A DNA stretch of 26,597 nucleotides from a virus (taxonomy: Duplodnaviria; Caudoviricetes): the IMG/VR virus record IMGVR_UViG_3300025451_000005, positions 1-26,597 of that record; one strand, given 5' to 3'. The notes under the pieces were generated by a model. That model had not been told where the DNA came from and searched no databases. It saw nothing but the letters and a program-made list of their open reading frames with translations. Made by a program: the position numbers and the translations under genes. Below, piece after piece: positions 25,334 to 26,597 of the stretch; position 1 is the first letter of the stretch, and every line of letters begins with the position of its first letter.

Positions 25334-25722
25334 GAGCAGAATTACTTGCTTATTTGACAGCAAACTTAACTGGCACTATCAAGGTCAGTCAGGAGTTGCC
25401 ATTCAAAGAAAGTGGTGCAAGTCTTAACACAAAGAACATGCGCCGTGTGTACCTGGATGAATCCACAGTTGAGCAGGCCGAATTAGTGCCCACATTAGAT
25501 GATACTGATATCAATCAAAACATTACTACAGTTCGTGGATACCTTACCGTAGATGCGAAGAATAGAAACGCTGATCTTAACACAGCATTAAGCACTTTGG
25601 CAAATGCCAAAAGTGTTGCAACAATTTCAAACGCTTTTAGAAAAGAGTTTGACTATACAACTACTATTGATGCAGACCGTATCACATATGAGTTTGAGTA
25701 TAGATTTCATACATTAGCATAA
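25330..25722 (+). CDS. Putative tail terminator protein
   Basis: MRAELLAYL N-terminal helix, beta-rich end (ITYEFEYRF), immediately upstream of the tail tube gene. Confidence 0.55.
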   Translation: MRAELLAYLTANLTGTIKVSQELPFKESGASLNTKNMRRVYLDESTVEQAELVPTLDDTDINQNITTVRGYLTVDAKNRNADLNTALSTLANAKSVATISNAFRKEFDYTTTIDADRITYEFEYRFHTLA

Positions 25723-25734
25723 GGAAAACTAAAA

Positions 25735-26283
25735 ATGGCATATATCAATGCATCAACCGCAGTTAACCGTGTTAAACTTGTTCTGATCAAAGCAGAAGAT
25801 TTAGCTGGTGCAACACCAGTTGAAACTGACTTTTACACAGCAGCAAGCAACACAACTGGCGCAATCACAACAGTAGCAAATGACGCTATCGTTGTACCTG
25901 GTTTACAAGACGTAACTATCAACAACGCTAACGGTTCATTCCGTTGGAAGCAGTTGGACCAATCTGGCGAGAACGTTATCACAACTAACGCTACCAACAG
26001 TTTGTCTGGCAACTTCGTTCTAGATCCAAGCACATTCTTTGGCATTGGCACTGGCGCTGGCGCTGGACAAGATGGCATCTTCAAATTGTCCAACAACCGC
26101 ACAGCCGTTGCGTTCTTGTTAGCTCCAGAAGGTGTTACTGACGGCAAGAAATTGTTCGTTGGAACAGGCTTCATCTCTGCACTAGCCCCAACAGTTAGTG
26201 CTGATAGCCCTGTGTTCGTTAGCCCAATCACTGTTGAAGTGAATGGCGACTACACAGTGTTGACAGCCGCAGCCGCAGCTTAA
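25735..26283 (+). CDS. Major tail (tube) protein
   Basis: 182 aa; AAGGA RBS; VPGLQDVTI, GTGFISALAPTVSAD...SPITVEVNGDY; followed by a terminator. Confidence 0.8.
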   Translation: MAYINASTAVNRVKLVLIKAEDLAGATPVETDFYTAASNTTGAITTVANDAIVVPGLQDVTINNANGSFRWKQLDQSGENVITTNATNSLSGNFVLDPSTFFGIGTGAGAGQDGIFKLSNNRTAVAFLLAPEGVTDGKKLFVGTGFISALAPTVSADSPVFVSPITVEVNGDYTVLTAAAAA

Positions 26284-26303
26284 TAGTTTAAGAAACTAAT
26301 AGG

Positions 26304-26326
26304 AAGCACCTTAGGGTGCTTTTCTT
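26304..26326 (+). terminator. Intrinsic terminator after the tail tube gene
   Basis: AAGCACC-TTAG-GGTGCTT followed by TTCTT. Confidence 0.75.
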
Positions 26327-26371
26327 ACGATTGCACAAATGCTAAATAAACTTGTTCATAGGAGAACGGAT

Positions 26372-26548
26372 ATGATTTTTGATAAGCTATCTGAAGAAGA
26401 CATTCTAAAAAGCCTTGAAGCAGAAGTTGCTAAAAGCATTTCAGAACTAAAATGTCTACGCAAAGACTCTGAGCAAATTGACGCACGTTTGCGTTTTGTG
26501 CTCTCAGCAATACACTACTTGAAGAATCAAGTGGATGATTTTAAATAA
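26372..26548 (+). CDS. Small coiled-coil hypothetical protein (58 aa; 3' part duplicated at 1-78)
   Basis: ATG 26372 with AGGAG at 26360-64; preceded by TAAATA at 26343. Confidence 0.75.
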   Translation: MIFDKLSEEDILKSLEAEVAKSISELKCLRKDSEQIDARLRFVLSAIHYLKNQVDDFK

Positions 26549-26597
26549 GATTGGATATTAGATATGGCACTTAAATTAACACAATTGGCTAGTAAGC
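26471..26597. repeat. Terminal overlap, identical to 1-127
   Basis: Exact copy of 1-127; implies a unit genome of 26,470 bp. Confidence 0.97.

Noticed and set aside
1048-26231. Minus-strand and nested ORFs in the track (e.g. 1294..1920, 11646..12020, 23485..23847, 25833..26231)
   Set aside because: Antisense or alternate-frame shadows of well supported + strand genes, with no recognisable motifs.
1-26470. Prophage/integrative element, tRNA genes or stop-codon recoding
   Set aside because: No integrase, att-like context or host genes; no cloverleaf seen by eye; genes are full length and densely packed in the standard code.

Overview
This window is a probably complete, circularly assembled genome of a small tailed (siphovirus-like) phage of about 26,470 bp. 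Bases 1-127 recur exactly at 26471-26597, and every credible gene is on the + strand. It encodes a full virion set: TerS, TerL, portal, scaffold, major capsid, neck proteins, tail tube, a tail assembly chaperone with a lambda-type GGGAAAG -1 frameshift, tape measure, distal tail/hub, tail tip and two long fibre proteins. It also has a GNAT acetyltransferase inside the tail module, two holin-like genes, HTH proteins, a sigma70-driven cluster of small exported proteins, a GIY-YIG-like nuclease, and an AEP primase plus VapE-like ATPase followed by a probable origin. I see no integrase, repressor, replicative polymerase, sigma factor or endolysin. Two signals stand out. (1) A T4-late-promoter-like TAA(A/G)TA motif recurs at gene boundaries, often followed by a hairpin, alongside several genes resembling those of large T4-like phages; this raises the hypothesis of a virion-complete satellite that depends on a large helper phage. 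(2) Several non-coding stretches are densely structured, notably on both sides of the GIY-YIG gene. All family calls are from motif recognition by eye, not database searches.
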